Assembly (NCBI GenBank): GCA_002633005.1
Contig: NMRA01000028.1
Location: 1,077,556 to 1,141,555, forward strand
DNA from: Phoronis australis
Lineage: Eukaryota; Animalia; Phoronida
Length of the DNA stretch: 64,000 nt
Direction: 5' to 3'
The stretch's first letter is position 1. Each line of letters begins with the position of its first letter. Both the position numbers and the translations under genes were made by a program. The notes beneath the pieces were generated by a model. It was not told the origin of the DNA, searched no databases, and worked only from the letters and a program-made list of their open reading frames with translations. Below are positions 38,430 through 51,760 of this stretch, piece by piece.

Positions 38430-39295
38430 TAGAGGTAATCGATTCCAACATTGGGCCATCTTTCCGTGAGCGGCCCCTTAAGAATTTGATAATAAAAACA
38501 CAAAAGATGGCCACTCGAGTGTCATCAATGGCCTCCTTCAAGGACGGGGCCCCTAAATATGAAAATATCTATATTTTCAAAAATCAGGAAATGCACGGCA
38601 ATTGATGTTATCTGTCAGGTCATCATTTTTTTCTCGAATGATATACAACTTCGAGAAAGAAACACAAAGCGAAAGTTGTCTCCGTTGCCAGAGAGGGGCC
38701 TCTGGAAAAATATTGTTTTGCTTTCACAAAATATTGACTTATTGAATTTAAGAAATTAGTAAATTAGTACGCTCCACAAAAACTTCACTGTACAAATTTT
38801 CTCGATTTTTCGAAACATATATTGTATGAATGATTACGTACACGTTTTCAGTTGCGTTTAGATGACCTGTGCAGCAAAAGTGGAGACCCTAACAACGATG
38901 CCCTGGCCAGAGTCCGCAAAAGGTAAACCATGAACTGATACAGAGTTGTTAAATGTTCTCTTGGATTTTCCCTCTTATCCGTATTTTGCAGTCTTAAGTT
39001 TCTTTTTTAGACTGCCCCCGGCCCCACGCCTATGTCGGTTGCCACGGTTTAACCCTGACGCCTGAAAACTTTTTTAGGGGGGGGGGGGGGCCNNNNNNNN
39101 NNNNNNNNNNNNNNNNNNNNNNNNNNNNNNNNNNNNNNNNNNNNNNNNNNNNNNNNNNNNNNNNNNNNNNNNNNNNNNNNNNNNNNNNNNNNNNNNNNNN
39201 NNNNNNNNNNNNNNNNNNNNNNNNNNNNNNNNNNNNNTTTTGGGGGGGGGGGGGGGGCACGATACCCCCCGGCCCCCACTTCCTACGACCCTGTG
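38430..39295. repeat. Dispersed repeat family C (spans the gap 39093-39237)
   Basis: Reverse-complement similarity to 48586-49220 (cccctaaatatgaaaa; tttagactgccc.. blocks). Confidence 0.6.
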
Positions 39296-39832
39296 TTTGA
39301 ATACAGCACAGCAACGAAAACAAAAGTTAGCAACTGTAGAAAGATGCACTCCGAAAAGGCGCAACCACAATTTTCTGAGATTCACATTTCTTGAACATGG
39401 ATGAAGTACCGATTTGTCTGTACCAACAGACCACATTTCGGACTATACTTCCTCCATCAGTCATGCAAGTTTGTTTGCGTAAAGCGCTACCTGTTGAGAA
39501 TTCGACCAGCCAATCAGAAATACCGGTGTAAAAAATTTCCCGATGAAAATGAAATGATTCCTGCGTGTTCTCTACCACCTAGCGACACGCAGGAAACCAG
39601 CGAGGTGTAAAACTATGTCGCTCATTCAGATGAACTACTTACTGAGTAAATTACAAATCGTAGCTTTTGGAAACTGACTGAAATATTTTCGTGAGGATGC
39701 GAACTCGCCTAGCTCCTTCCAGTAGGGATTGGTGAATGATTACTGTGAATAATTCAAAGGGTTCAATCAATTAGAATTAGATCTTGCTCACAACTTGAAT
39801 TAATACATAAAACAAATCCAATTTGACAACAC

Positions 39833-40102
39833 CTGTAACAACACCAACGACTTTGGAGGACACTGTTGAGTATCCCTTCTGTATAGTAGATACAGTTACG
39901 CTGTATAGTACACCTGGCTGCAGGTTTTCCACGGAAACTGTGTCAAGGTGGCGCGACACTTCTTTGTGCACGGTTCTGTAACGAATGTCACGCGGTATGC
40001 ACGCGACGCGATATCCATCCTTCAATCCGTAGGCGTGTTTCCATGACACCACTACAGAAGTGTGTCTGGGGACAACGACCACATTGGACACACTCTCAAG
40101 TT
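39833..40102 (-). CDS. FN3 exon 5 (type a)
   Basis: VVVSWKHAYGLKDGYRVAC..NLQPGVLYSVTV; tttgcag acceptor, weak G|gtgttg donor; 270 nt. Confidence 0.83.
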
Positions 40103-41460
40103 CTGCAAATTAAAGATGCATGACTTTATGTTTCGCAGGACCTCGTCCATTAGTCTGTGCACTCAGTAACATATCGTCAAAACTATAAAATTTTTAAAAC
40201 TCACCAAATTCTGGAAAAACGAAGCCCATAGAAAATGATATTTAACTTTATACCAATTGCCATTCATTGGGTCCTATGACTGCCATTCGTTGGGTCACAT
40301 GACTGCCTTCTTGGTAAAATTCATCATCAATAACACGGCAAATATTTATTTAATATAAACATTAAAGATGAAATATCAAAAACAACAGCTTCCCAAATCA
40401 TCATTTCGTTTTCATATCATACAACTTTTGATTTTTTCACAAAAATCATTAAGTTCCATTTATATCGCCCTCATTCTGGAGTGCAGTGCACAAAGGCTAA
40501 GATGCTTGAGTTTCCGATCAGCAATGTCTGAGATGTAGTGTTTCGAAGTTAGCCAAATTTTTACATTTTTCTAAGGTCGTACCAATCCTAACCACTTGCT
40601 GATTCGGCCAAAGCCCAGCCTGCGCTCATAGAAATTGCACGTGCTCATCTTTAGTTGTTAGTGGTGTGTATTGATTGTGTTATGCGCAGAGCGTCTCTGG
40701 TAAATGTATAATTTCTGTCCTCTATTTTCGTTCTTTTTATAAATTATTTCCACAATTTCTTTTCTTTTCAACGGAAACTGCACTCATTACTTGTTTGTAT
40801 TCGTTAAATACACGACTAGTTTTCGTTTTTCCAGCAGCTTCAAGGCTAGCCGTTCATAAGTTCTCACTTGTGTCCTGTCTGCAGACGACAAAGGATGGAG
40901 GTAATGTCCCAAGGACGTGGTGAGTATGGAGAAATAAATAAACATTCTAAGTTGTCCATATATTTACAGGATTACAGCACGATACTTCGGTCGTCCTATC
41001 AAAGATACTACTAAGATACTCTAACTCCTGACAACACTCTTGGTAGTCTGCTCGGCGGCAAGAGGACAAAACGCAAGAGCACAACGGCACGTCTTCTCTT
41101 GTTGGTTTCTTGAAATGTACAATCATCATTATGGAATACTTCATTCTGTACCTTAAAGCCGCACCAGCCTTGAGAAATGCCTTTAAACAATTCTTAATCG
41201 AATCTCAATATGAGAAGAAAAACCAGTGACACTCATTGGCCCAGGGTATCTGTTAGTTAATCTGATAATTTCCAAGTTCAACCAACCTTGACATCAACTA
41301 TAGCACGCGCTTCTTATAATATTTTGCTTCACTCGTACAAGATGGGTAGGTTCTATGTAGGTTGGTTGACTTGATATATGAGTAATATTTTGGTTAAAGA
41401 ACATTTTATTTGAGACAATAAAAGGATTTCCTTTTTCAGATTAAAATGTCTTGAATATCA

Positions 41461-41658
41461 TATTCGTTACTAGCACGAATTCGCCATTATGCTTGAAAAA
41501 GAGATGTTGAGTCCAAACTGCTAATGGTTCTGAATATTTGGAACACGCTCGCTTTCACATTTGCATTGTTAAAATTGATGCCAAGAGGAGTCACAGTGTT
41601 CTAAACAACGCACAGCAATATTTTTTGAAGTGCCACCACAGTGTGTACGTAGTGAATA
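41461..41658. mobile_element. MITE family A copy
   Basis: TA-TTCGTTAC...GTAGTGAA-TA; colinear with the 25169 copy. Confidence 0.78.
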
Positions 41659-43282
41659 CCGTCAGAGGTTGAGGAAATAACTTGTGTCAAAGTCAACACA
41701 ACATTGTTAGTCATGGATGAAGACGGAAGTCATGCGTATCATGTTTGTATGGCGACAGCGTGGTACAGTCGGGCGCACTTTAACAATCAAGAAGTGTGGG
41801 TGAAAACAAAATGGTGGACTCTTGAGTCGCTTTTGCATCGACATGAAGTCTTCTGTTGTGTAATATCACCTTAATATCCCGGGCGAAAGAGCCCGCTGTG
41901 CAGCTGCCGGGTCCAATAATTTTGAAAATTGATCTAAATAGCAAGCTTATTTTGACATTGAACGGCGTAAATGTAAATAAATAATACCTACCAAAATCAC
42001 CTTTTGACACTTTCGATTCGAATTGGCTACTGACAATTTTAACACACTCTCAGCAAGTTTAAGCCTTGTTGCTAGAGTGAAGCTCGGAACCAATTTGCCT
42101 ACCTCCCTACGCCGGCACCAATTTTCCACTTGACCCTTGTCGCCACCAATGTTCCATCCTCCCCCACCAGGGCTGCCACCAATTTTCCACCTAAGCCATG
42201 TCGTCAACAATGCCCAGGCTGCCACCAATTTTCCACCAAATCCCAGACTCAAACAATGTTCCACCCTACCCCACCCGGGTTTCCCTCAATTTGCAACCTA
42301 ACTCCTGTCGCCAACAATGTTCCTCCCTTCCTCGCACCGACTGATATCAAAGTTTTGCATCGTTCTTTTGGTCGTTACCCGTTTTCTGCCTGTGAAAGCG
42401 ACCAGGTACTCGACAGTGCACGTCTAAGAGGATTTTCAGATGCGGACCCCAACTCCTGATGGAGGGATGCGTTCGCATCCGTCGTACGGTCATGGGACAA
42501 TCTGTTATTGCGTTCCCTCCAATTTCAAGTTTTTTCCATAAGCATCCTCCTAATGTCGGATAACATCAACAATATTATTTTTAGTTCAACCTACTTGTAT
42601 CTATGTTGAACGTGGCTGCGTTGCTTTCTCCTCTCCCATTCTTGGTTACTATCGTCCGGACAGTGATGACATACCTTTGACCCGGTGTGAGGTCGGAAAC
42701 CCTGAACTCCCGCTTCTCATTTTTAGCGATTGTCTGAGTCGGATCGTAATCCGGGCAAGGATAGAATGTTGCAGCACACCGTATAGCTTCTGCTGAGGCT
42801 GCTGATAGTGCTTTGTCAACTCAAAAGATACTGATCCCTGTTTTTGTGTTTTCAATCAAGGCCTCGTTCTGCTACCTGCTAATGCACCACTGGCGTTCCG
42901 CACGAGAGATAAAAGCATAATTAAAGTAAAAATGCATACCCTTTGAGTCACAAATTGGATATTATGGTTCTTGGAGGGTGGTTGTTGTGTAAATCGCCTA
43001 AAGCGTAAGTCACGCTTGCCAGTTTAGCAAACTTTGCAAGGAATTTACACATTTTGATTCAAACTTTTTAGAGTTGTCGAGGGTTACAGAGCATTATTTT
43101 GTCTCAGAGATCTGAATGAGAAAGTTGTTCGCAGTATCTGTTGATAGGCTAAAACCGGGTTTGACATCCTTTTAACAGAACTGGCCAAAAATGAGATAAT
43201 CATTAACAGTACCACAAGTTTTCTTCCACAAATAGAATAAATTTTGAAACAACTGTTTTTCCTTCCATAATAAATTCTGCAC

Positions 43283-43574
43283 CTGTCAGAACTTGGGATG
43301 ACGTCCGAAGAGGCAACCGACGACTGTGACTTGTATTTGGTCCAGTATTTCACTGCGGAAACTGAGACTTCGTAGATGAATCCCGGAGACAGATTATTAC
43401 AAAACGCGACGTTCGCTGCCGATGGCAATTCCCTTTGTCTTCTGACTACACCGAGTTCCTGAGGTTGACAAGTGATTCGATACGCATCCTTTAGGCCAGG
43501 TGTGAAGTTCCAGTCGACTTCGATGACACGCGGCCCGTTCTGTCTTATGTAAACATCGGATGGTGCTGAAGGAA
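43283..43574 (-). pseudogene. Near-identical duplicate of FN3 exon 4 with a +1 insertion (292 nt)
   Basis: Same sequence as 45040-45330 except acttGGGatg vs acttGGatg and a few substitutions; abuts an N-gap. Confidence 0.7.
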
Positions 43575-45039
43575 CTAAAATAAAGGAATTAGTCAAGCGT
43601 ACCTTAAATACTGTTATNNNNNNNNNNNNNNNNNNNNNNNNNNNNNNNNNNNNNNNNNNNNNNNNNNNNNNNNNNNNNNNNNNNNNNNNNNNNNNNNNNN
43701 NNNNNNNNCAATGTTCCACCCTACCCCACCCGGGTTGCCCTCAATTTGCAACCTAACTCCTGTCGCCAACAATGTTCCTCCCTTCCTCGCCCCTACTGAT
43801 ATCAAATTTTTGCATCCTTCTTTTGGTCGTTACCCGTTTTCTGCCTGTGAAAGCGACCTGGTACTCGACAGTGCACGTCTAAGGGGATTTCCAGATGCGG
43901 ACCCCAACTCCTGATGGAGGGATGCGTTCGCATCCGTCGTACAGTCATGGGACAATCTGTTACTGCGTTCCCTCCAATTTCAAGTTTTTTCCATAAGCAT
44001 CCTCCTAATGTCGGATAACATCAACAATATTATTTTTATTTCAACCTACTTGTATCTATGTTGAACGTGGCTGCGTTGCTTTCTCCTCTCCCATCCTTGG
44101 CTACTATCGTCCGGACAGTGACGACATACCTTTGACCCTGTGTGAGGTCGGAAACCCTGAACTCCCGCTTCTCATTTTTAGCGATTGACTGCGTCGGATC
44201 GTAATCCGGGCAAGGATAGAATGTTGCATCGAACGATGAGTAATCGCCGGCTGATGGTTCTTCCCAAATAACGACAAAAGAGTCAGTAGTGCTCGTGTGT
44301 CTTATTTTAGAAGGAACTAACGGAACTGTAAAATAAACAGCTATAAATTCTCAAGATAGCGTGACAGATTTAACGGTTGATACTGGACGGCTAGTGCGTA
44401 AAATCGCTCTTGGTACTCGCATCGAAGATCATGATTCGTCTTATGTATAACATAAACAAGCCAAGCTCAGGTTCAACAACTTTAACGGCTGGGGTATGTT
44501 CAAACATGCACACTGAGCGGCAAAAGCACTTATCAGCAACGGCGATGTGATGTGCAGCTGCAGCACAACGTATAGCTTCTGCTGAGGCTGCTGATAGTGC
44601 GTTGTCAACTCAAAAGATACTGAACCCTGTTTTGGTGTTTTCAATCAAGGCCTCGTTCTGCCACCTGCTAACGCACAATTAAAGTAAAAATGCATACCCT
44701 TTGAGTCACAAATTGGATATTATGGTTCTTGGAGGGTGGTTGTTGTGTAAATCGCCTAAAGCTTAAGTCACGCTTGCCAGTTTAGCAAACTTTGTAAGGA
44801 ATTTACACATTTTGATTCAAACTTTTGAGAGTTGTCGAGGTTTACAGAGCATTATTTTGTCTCAGAGATCTGAATGGGAAAGTTGTTCTCAATATCTGTT
44901 GATAGGCCAAAACCGGGTTTGGCATCCTTTTAACAGAACTGGCCAAAAAAAAATGAGATAATCATTAACAGTACCACAAGTTTTCTTTCACAAATAGAAT
45001 TTGAAACAACTGTTTTTCCTTCCATAATAAACTCTGCAC

Positions 45040-45330
45040 CTGTCAGAACTTGGATGACGTCCGAAGAGGCAACCGACGACTGTGACTTGTATTTGGTCCA
45101 GTATTTTACTGCGGAAACTGAGACTTCGTAGATGAATCCCGGAGACAGATTATTACAAAACGCGACGTTCACTGCCGATGGCAATTCCCTTTGTCTTCTG
45201 ACTACACCGAGTTCCTGAGGTTGACAAGTGATTCGATACGCATCCTTTAGGCCAGGTGTGAAGTTCCAGTCGACTTCGATGACACGCGGCCCGTTCTGTC
45301 TTATGTAAACATCGGATGGTGCTGAAGGAA
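45040..45330 (-). CDS. FN3 exon 4 (type a), intact copy
   Basis: VPSAPSDV..IEVDW..GLKDAYRITC..CNNLSPGFIYEVSV; 291 nt, phase 1-1. Confidence 0.85.
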
Positions 45331-45620
45331 CTAAAATAAAGGAATTAGTCAAGCGTACCTTAAATACTGTTATTGACAGGGATTACATGTATGATGATGT
45401 CCAATAAAGGTCGCGTAATGTGTGTGTGTCTGTCTGTTATACGACTTACATGTTGTTACCTTCATTTCAGTATGATCTTTTAGGAATTGTCTGCCCTCTT
45501 CACAAACGGTCAGGAAATAACAGGTACAATAAGAACGACAGCGTCGTTTATTATTCCGGTCTTCAATAGACACAATTACTCGAAGAGAGAGGGGCCAGGT
45601 AGTTTGGAAAAATTGTTTAC

Positions 45621-45920
45621 CTGTTCGGTGCGCATGAGTAACTGGTTCACTCAGACACCTGCGCCCTTCCTGTATCTGCATCGAGTATAGTGTCACGTGC
45701 AGTTCACATCCAGGAGTTGACGTCAGCGTCACACGAAAAGCACCATTCTTTGACAAACTCTCATTCTTTAACACCTCTAAAGTCTTCGCTGTGTCACTAT
45801 TCAACCAGTAGCTCACTTTGAACCTTGCGAAATTGTCAGTCATTGGGGGCATCCATGTGACTTCTATATCGCGGCTCGATTGCAAAGCGTTTGAGGACAA
45901 GTTCCTTGGAGGAAACGGTT
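45621..45920 (-). CDS. FN3 exon 3 (type b)
   Basis: PFPPRNL..IEVTWMPP..FARFKVSY..TPG; tttatag acceptor, G|gtaaac donor; 300 nt. Confidence 0.85.
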
Positions 45921-45965
45921 CTATAAACACGTTACAAATGATACTCTTTTTTCAGTGTCTTCTAT

Positions 45966-46201
45966 ATGGCGACCCAAAGATGAAATGGCGCGTTTCTTTT
46001 TTGAGTATCTCAGGATCTCGAGATCCTGACTAAATTACTACGGAATCTCAGGATCCCAAGATTATGACTTAATTATCTCGGAATCTCGAGATCCTGAGAT
46101 AATCAAATCGCGATCTCGAAATCCTGAGATAATTAAGTCGGGATCTCGAGGTCCTGAGATAATTAAAAAAGAAGCACGCGATGTTATCTTTGGACCACCA
46201 T
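45966..46201. mobile_element. Foldback-like palindromic element with GGATCTCGAGATCC subrepeats
   Basis: The left and right halves are imperfect reverse complements over ~100 bp. Confidence 0.65.
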
Positions 46202-47069
46202 TCTTTTATTCGTAACATTTTAACCGGAAGCATACAAAGCATGCGCATTGTGCTACGTATTCTTTGATCAGGTGTTGCGTTATTAGTCCCTTATATGCGA
46301 GTCCTTTTTGTGGATTTTCCCGAGTATTGCAAATTTATCGCACGAATCCAAAATGTGTAATTATCAACAAAAGAAAACAAAAATCACAGGAATAGGCATG
46401 CAGGCCCAGATTACGCACAAACACCCCCGGAAAACAAATATTCATGCATGGAAGACGGTTTTAACCAACAGTTGCCAGCTCGTTGTAGGTAACGCCACAT
46501 AATCCCACAATGTGTCCCGTCCGAAAAATGGCCACTCCTCAGATATTTTCATACCATCAATTTTCCCCTCGGAGGTTGTGAATAGGACTTTGTATGAATG
46601 TTGAGTTAACCTCTGACTGTTTGAAATGTAGCAACCTCTACTGTAGTCATTTTGTAGTTACCCTGTTGCAGTAATAATGGGTTTTAAAACGAGGCACAAA
46701 TCCTGCCACAAATTATGTGACTTTCAAACTGGAGAGCGATCGAAGTTCGCACAAGCACAGGGATTGGCATAAACTACTGAAAGTGGATTGCAGCCTATTC
46801 AGTGACGCATGCCTAGGCGGTAAGTTAGGGCACATTTATGTGCGCTGTTGTTGGGAGAGCCAGCCTTAGTTACCAAGTTACTTGACGTCATCGAATTACG
46901 AGTCAGTGGAGACTTGTGTAGGCTACTCCCTACTAGGAAGTGGACTAACAACCCAAATTTGGACGTTTGTTAGAGCTCTATCTATTGAGAAATGTCTTTG
47001 TGTCATGATGTCATGGGGATGGAAGAGCCACCTGGCTTAAACATAACGCCAGGAGGAGCTGAATCTCAC

Positions 47070-47351
47070 TAGAAAATGCTACGGTCTTTTTCGAGTTTGA
47101 CGACGTTGCGTTGTTTCGATGTTTCTCATCTTTATGTACTGTTTGCACGTGCACATCGTAGAGAGCGCCTGGTTTTACGTCACAGTGGCCCTCCTGTCCA
47201 TCAAAGTAATCGCTCCGTATTGGGACGACCTTTCCGTGTTCCAGACACACCACTACATATTGATTCTGGTAACCTTCCGCTCGACGCCATTTTACATAGA
47301 CCTTGGTCGGGGAGGTAGAGGCTATGGAAACGTCGGTAGCAGGGACCAGGT
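47070..47351 (-). CDS. FN3 exon 2 (type a)
   Basis: VYVKW..GYQNQYVVVC..CDVKPGALYDVHV; tttcag acceptor, A|gtgaga donor; 282 nt. Confidence 0.83.
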
Positions 47352-48585
47352 CTGAAATTAACAGAATTTCAAAGACGCATTAATTTAAGTTGGCTATGTG
47401 AAATTATTTTTGCTTAACGCCGCAGTCACCAGAGACCGTCTCGTCTACGAGTCGGTTCACCTAAACTTCCTAAAAACATGTCATGGAAAGCGAAATTTCG
47501 TGAGTCCGTTAGAAATAGTTCGGCAAAGAGACTATTTAGAAAAAATACAGTAGAAATTATGAAAAGCAGACACTGTTGCTTAGCACTGTTTTTGATGTCC
47601 GATATTACAAACTAACGCCAAGCTTCTTTTCGCGAGAAAATACCGCATCTGATTGTACGTGGATATAATGTGATGGGATCTAAGGTAGATAATTAGCTAA
47701 TGTTAGCTTATGCAGTGTTGTTAAACATGGTTTATTTACTACTACACATGTGAATACTCCAGTGACCGATTGCACGAAAGTCTCAATAGGGACTCAACTA
47801 TGTTACCTAAATTTTCAGGGCATTTCGGTAGACATTGTTTACTCGCCAATGTTATATTCTTCTGTCACTTCGTGTTTATTGATCTTTTGCTTATGACATT
47901 ATGTGAAAACTGAGCTCTCATTTCATCGAAATTAATTAGAAGCCACGTTCTAAATTGGAGGCGTGGCATAAAAAGGTTTCCATTTACTTTTAAATAATTT
48001 CAACCCACAATTTACTCTTGATGTGTATCTAAGCTACTCTTGATATAGGAAAGAAGATAAAACAGCAGAAAAGTGTTTGCTTTAAGTCCACAAATGTGCA
48101 GAAAATTTACGGAACAGCCGAGTCGGGAACAACCCAATACTTCAAAAGTTCAATACTCCAAGATTCACTTCTCCGAAGGTTCATTACTCCGAAAATATAT
48201 AACATTTCGGACTCTGGTGTAATTTGGTATTCTCCACGCAAAAATACACGCTACTTCGGTTACTAGACATTGTGGTGGAGCCGAAAACAACGCCCTGGCA
48301 CTAATGCACTATGTTTGGGCTTCAGGCCGCTTTGCGCATGCTATATTGTGCTTAAAAGCATGAAAAATGAGTACGTACTTGCATTTTAAAAAGAATTTGA
48401 CGTAGGAATATTAATAAATCACGATATATTCAACAAAACGTTGTCCAAATCCAACCATTTCACAGCGCGACAGACAAGTTTATTAATTGAACCTCACCCT
48501 CATGTAACCACCGCACCGGAACCTGGCACACAGCCGAGTGGAAACTACATATAGTAGGCTCAAACTGTTGGACGCGGGGGGGGGG

Positions 48586-49220
48586 ACTGGGAGAGGGCAT
48601 GTGCCTCCATTAATTTGCAGGCGTGAGGTTTAAACAGTAACCACCGTGCCTGGGGTCGGGCAGTCTAGAAAAGAAAGGAAGTAAAGAAAGATGGGGAATA
48701 GAGGAAATTCAAGAGAATATTTGTCAACTACCAGTCCTTGACTTAGTTCTTGACGTCCCTCGACAAGACATTGCTCTTAGCAGGTCTCATTTTTGCAGCG
48801 TACACGCACTTGAAAACGCGTAGTTAATCATTAATTTATGTATAATGAAAGAGGAAACTTTGTAAAGCATAGCTTTTGCATAGCATGTTAAGACTCTGGA
48901 TTTTCAAAAAGACAATTTTAACAGGGAAATCCAAAAACTATATTTCACCAGAGACCTTCTCTGGCAAGGTATAATGGAGTCATCTGTCACTCTCCTTTTT
49001 CGATTTTTCTTAAAGTCGTTTATCGCTTGATCAAAGAACCTGACAGATAGCATCAATTGGTGCTCATTTCTGTCGAAATAGATCTTTTCATATTTAGGGG
49101 CCAAGATTTTGGAGGGGGCCCGTTGATAGCATATTTGCGGCCATCTTTCAGTTTTTATTGATAACTTCTTAAGGGATATAGGATCCAGCAATGCAATCGA
49201 TTGCCTCAAATTTCCTGTTT
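48586..49220. repeat. Dispersed repeat family C, inverted copy
   Basis: ttttcatatttaggggg and gggcagtctagaaaag match the 38430-39295 copy on the opposite strand. Confidence 0.6.
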
Positions 49221-50740
49221 TCTTAGAGGATCACATGATAATGAAATTAAGTTTCACTCTTTCTATTATATCTTTCATTTGAAGATCGTTCCAAGAAGTT
49301 TCTTGTGAAAAACTAGTACATGTCAAACAGACTGTCGGGGGTAAGATTTTTGATGACCGTGTACAGAGTACATATCTACATGTACTCTAAACATTGTACG
49401 TCAGCCTTCACTGATTTTTAGAGTTCGCACTTAACTCAAAAAACGTAATAGCTACTTCTGGAATAAACCAAAGTAGGCTTACACGTTAACACGAATAAAT
49501 TCAGAAATCTTTTTAGGGACCCGTCTTCAATATTACTCCTGTTGCCCGTCAAGAGTCTGCGAGTATGCCTTCAGGAATTGCTTGCTCATTTGTTTTGATA
49601 AACAACAACGTTTTGGAATTATGATTTACTTGTTTATGTACCTACAAAAATCGACTGATTCATAGATAAACATTGGGCGATTAGACGCTAATAAGAAATG
49701 ATGATGCTTCATTGAACTTAGTTGCGTGGTGAAGTTCAAGAAAAACCTCAATCATCCGATACCCAAAATACACTAAACGATTTGTGCCTATATCTGAAAT
49801 ATCTCGCAAAGATATTGATGAAATTTTGACAGTTCTATAGTGTGTTGTAGAAATGTCATAACAATTCAAATGACAATAAACGCATTGTTTATTGACTTAG
49901 AACAAAACTAATGGTTAAAATTCACAAACAGGAGATTTGAAGAGGGATTTAAAGGATTTAATGTATACAGAAGTGTGAGGACATTTTGGGACACCCTGTG
50001 TATCATTTGTCCTTAGCCACTTTCCCCAAACTGGACCATAATAAACTGAATTTTGACCTTAGGATCAGAACAGACGGATAGGTACGAGCTGAGCTGCCTG
50101 CCTAGTACAGCTGAGTCGTATTGTCACAACTTCAGTTAGCCAACGGCTCAGGTCCCAGCTACCCGTAAGCGCTGATCCTACGGCCTCATTCTTAGGCCTA
50201 CTTTCCATGATATTTTGTTGAAACGTCGTTTCTCAAGTTCTGATGGCTGCTTCCCAGCGTTTTATCCCCCATATGGCGGGCATTGGGGGAAAGGTCGATT
50301 CGAAATTGGCGACATCTAGAGACGGAATGGAGGGGGGTCGGCGCGGAAGTGGTGGCGCTAGAAAGTGGCTCCAGACCTTCGGCGAAGCCGAACTGGTGTG
50401 ACCCCCCGATAATTTACCTTCCTACGGGCCTGAGGCTACCCTGTCTCAGTCTTTACCAAGTCAGCGAGCCCCATCTAGTCATCCCAAGTTGAAAGCCAAG
50501 GAATAAAAGATGCCTGTGTCCCAGATTTTGTCCCTGTTTGAGAACGAATCGTTTCATGTTCAAAACTCACAACTGTCAGTGATTGTAACTGAGCTGATTT
50601 GTACACTTTGTTGTTTCATACAACTGGTCACAGAAGGTTCAATAGGCGGACAGAGATTGGAAAGTCAATGCGACTAGATCTTAATAATTAGAATGAGCAG
50701 TAAAGTAGTTACTATAACTACAAATGACGTAAATACTCAC

Positions 50741-50998
50741 GTGTTACGACCTGAAGTCTGCTTACAAAATTCCTGTATCCGTCAAGCAGTGAAGTAAGAA
50801 TAACATTATACACTGCACCCGGTGTAAGTCCAACACACTCAGCACTGGTCACTGCCGATGGCAATGTCTGCCAGTCAACTTTTGCGCTGGACATACATTG
50901 CAACCGATAGTTGTCTACATTCTTGTTACTTTTCGTCCATGTTACATTTATTTTTGTCGTCGTAGCAATCGCCAGCAGGTCTTTCCCTCCTATAAACC
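50741..50998 (-). CDS. FN3 exon 1 (type a)
   Basis: INVTW..VDNYRLQC..CVGLTPGAVYNV; catcag acceptor, C|gtgagt donor; 258 nt. Confidence 0.85.
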
Positions 50999-51149
50999 CT
51001 GATGAAACAACACGCGCCATGTCAGTTTTTATAGATTGCAATCGCTTCTTTCAGCAGACCCGCGTTCCGTAGACCGCAAGGCATTCAACATTTCAACTTC
51101 AACTGTCACTTCAGTGGCCACAATTTTTGTAATATTTTTACTTTATTAC

Positions 51150-51760
51150 AAAAACAAGACATCATAGTTCCGTTTACGTATTCCCTGCAGTCCAGCAATC
51201 GGTTATATATCATCCAGAAACACTTTCCCCCAAAATAGCCACTAGAAGGCGTCGCAAATGTCAAATCCACTGAAAATCAAGTAGTGCATGATGGCACATT
51301 GTTATCAAGTACCTCCTTACAAAGTTTCATGAACATCCGTCAACCGGTTCTCTAGATATCATTCGGAAACGCACTTCCGCCAATCAACACTTAAAAAGGC
51401 CCTTGTTGAGAACAAGATGACTACTTGTAGGTGCCGCAGTGATCGAACCCGCCCGAAACTTTACATCAAATATCCCTGTGTCATGTTTGTTGAAAGTCCG
51501 TCAGTCCGATCTCTAAATATCTTCCGGAAACCCTTTTCTCCGAAATGGCCACTAGGAGCTGGTGCAAANTCAATACACCTGTGGCAAACTCCATCAAAAT
51601 CCGTTTTCCGCTAAGAAACAATTACAAACTACCTTGTCGAGAACAAAATGGCTACTAGGAGATGCTACATCATGTTATAGCCCCACGCACACGTACAAGC
51701 ACAGGTACACCCACACAAGCACGCGCACGCACAGGCACACCCACACTCACACGGGGGCCA
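51150..51760 (+). mobile_element. Degenerate Helentron/HINE-like non-autonomous element
   Basis: Starts aacaag, has diverged tandem units (aagtttcatgaacatccgtcaaccggttctctagatat), then a CA-rich microsatellite; family call is inference. Confidence 0.4.

Larger units (their letters stand above)
42254..45373. repeat. Near-identical direct duplication, 42254-43617 vs 43709-45373, flanking the gap 43618-43708
   Basis: Colinear sequence with substitutions and indels; both copies end exactly at the gap edges. Confidence 0.88.

Noticed and set aside
50565-50630. Possible extra minus-strand micro-exon with a GTGAGT donor
   Set aside because: The nearest acceptor gives an immediate stop in the required phase.
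31413-50998. Naming the FN3 gene as a receptor tyrosine phosphatase (PTPRB/Ptp10D-like)
   Set aside because: The FN3 repeats look similar, but the TM exon reaches a stop after a short tail, and no PTP exons are visible before the Fat4 3' end.
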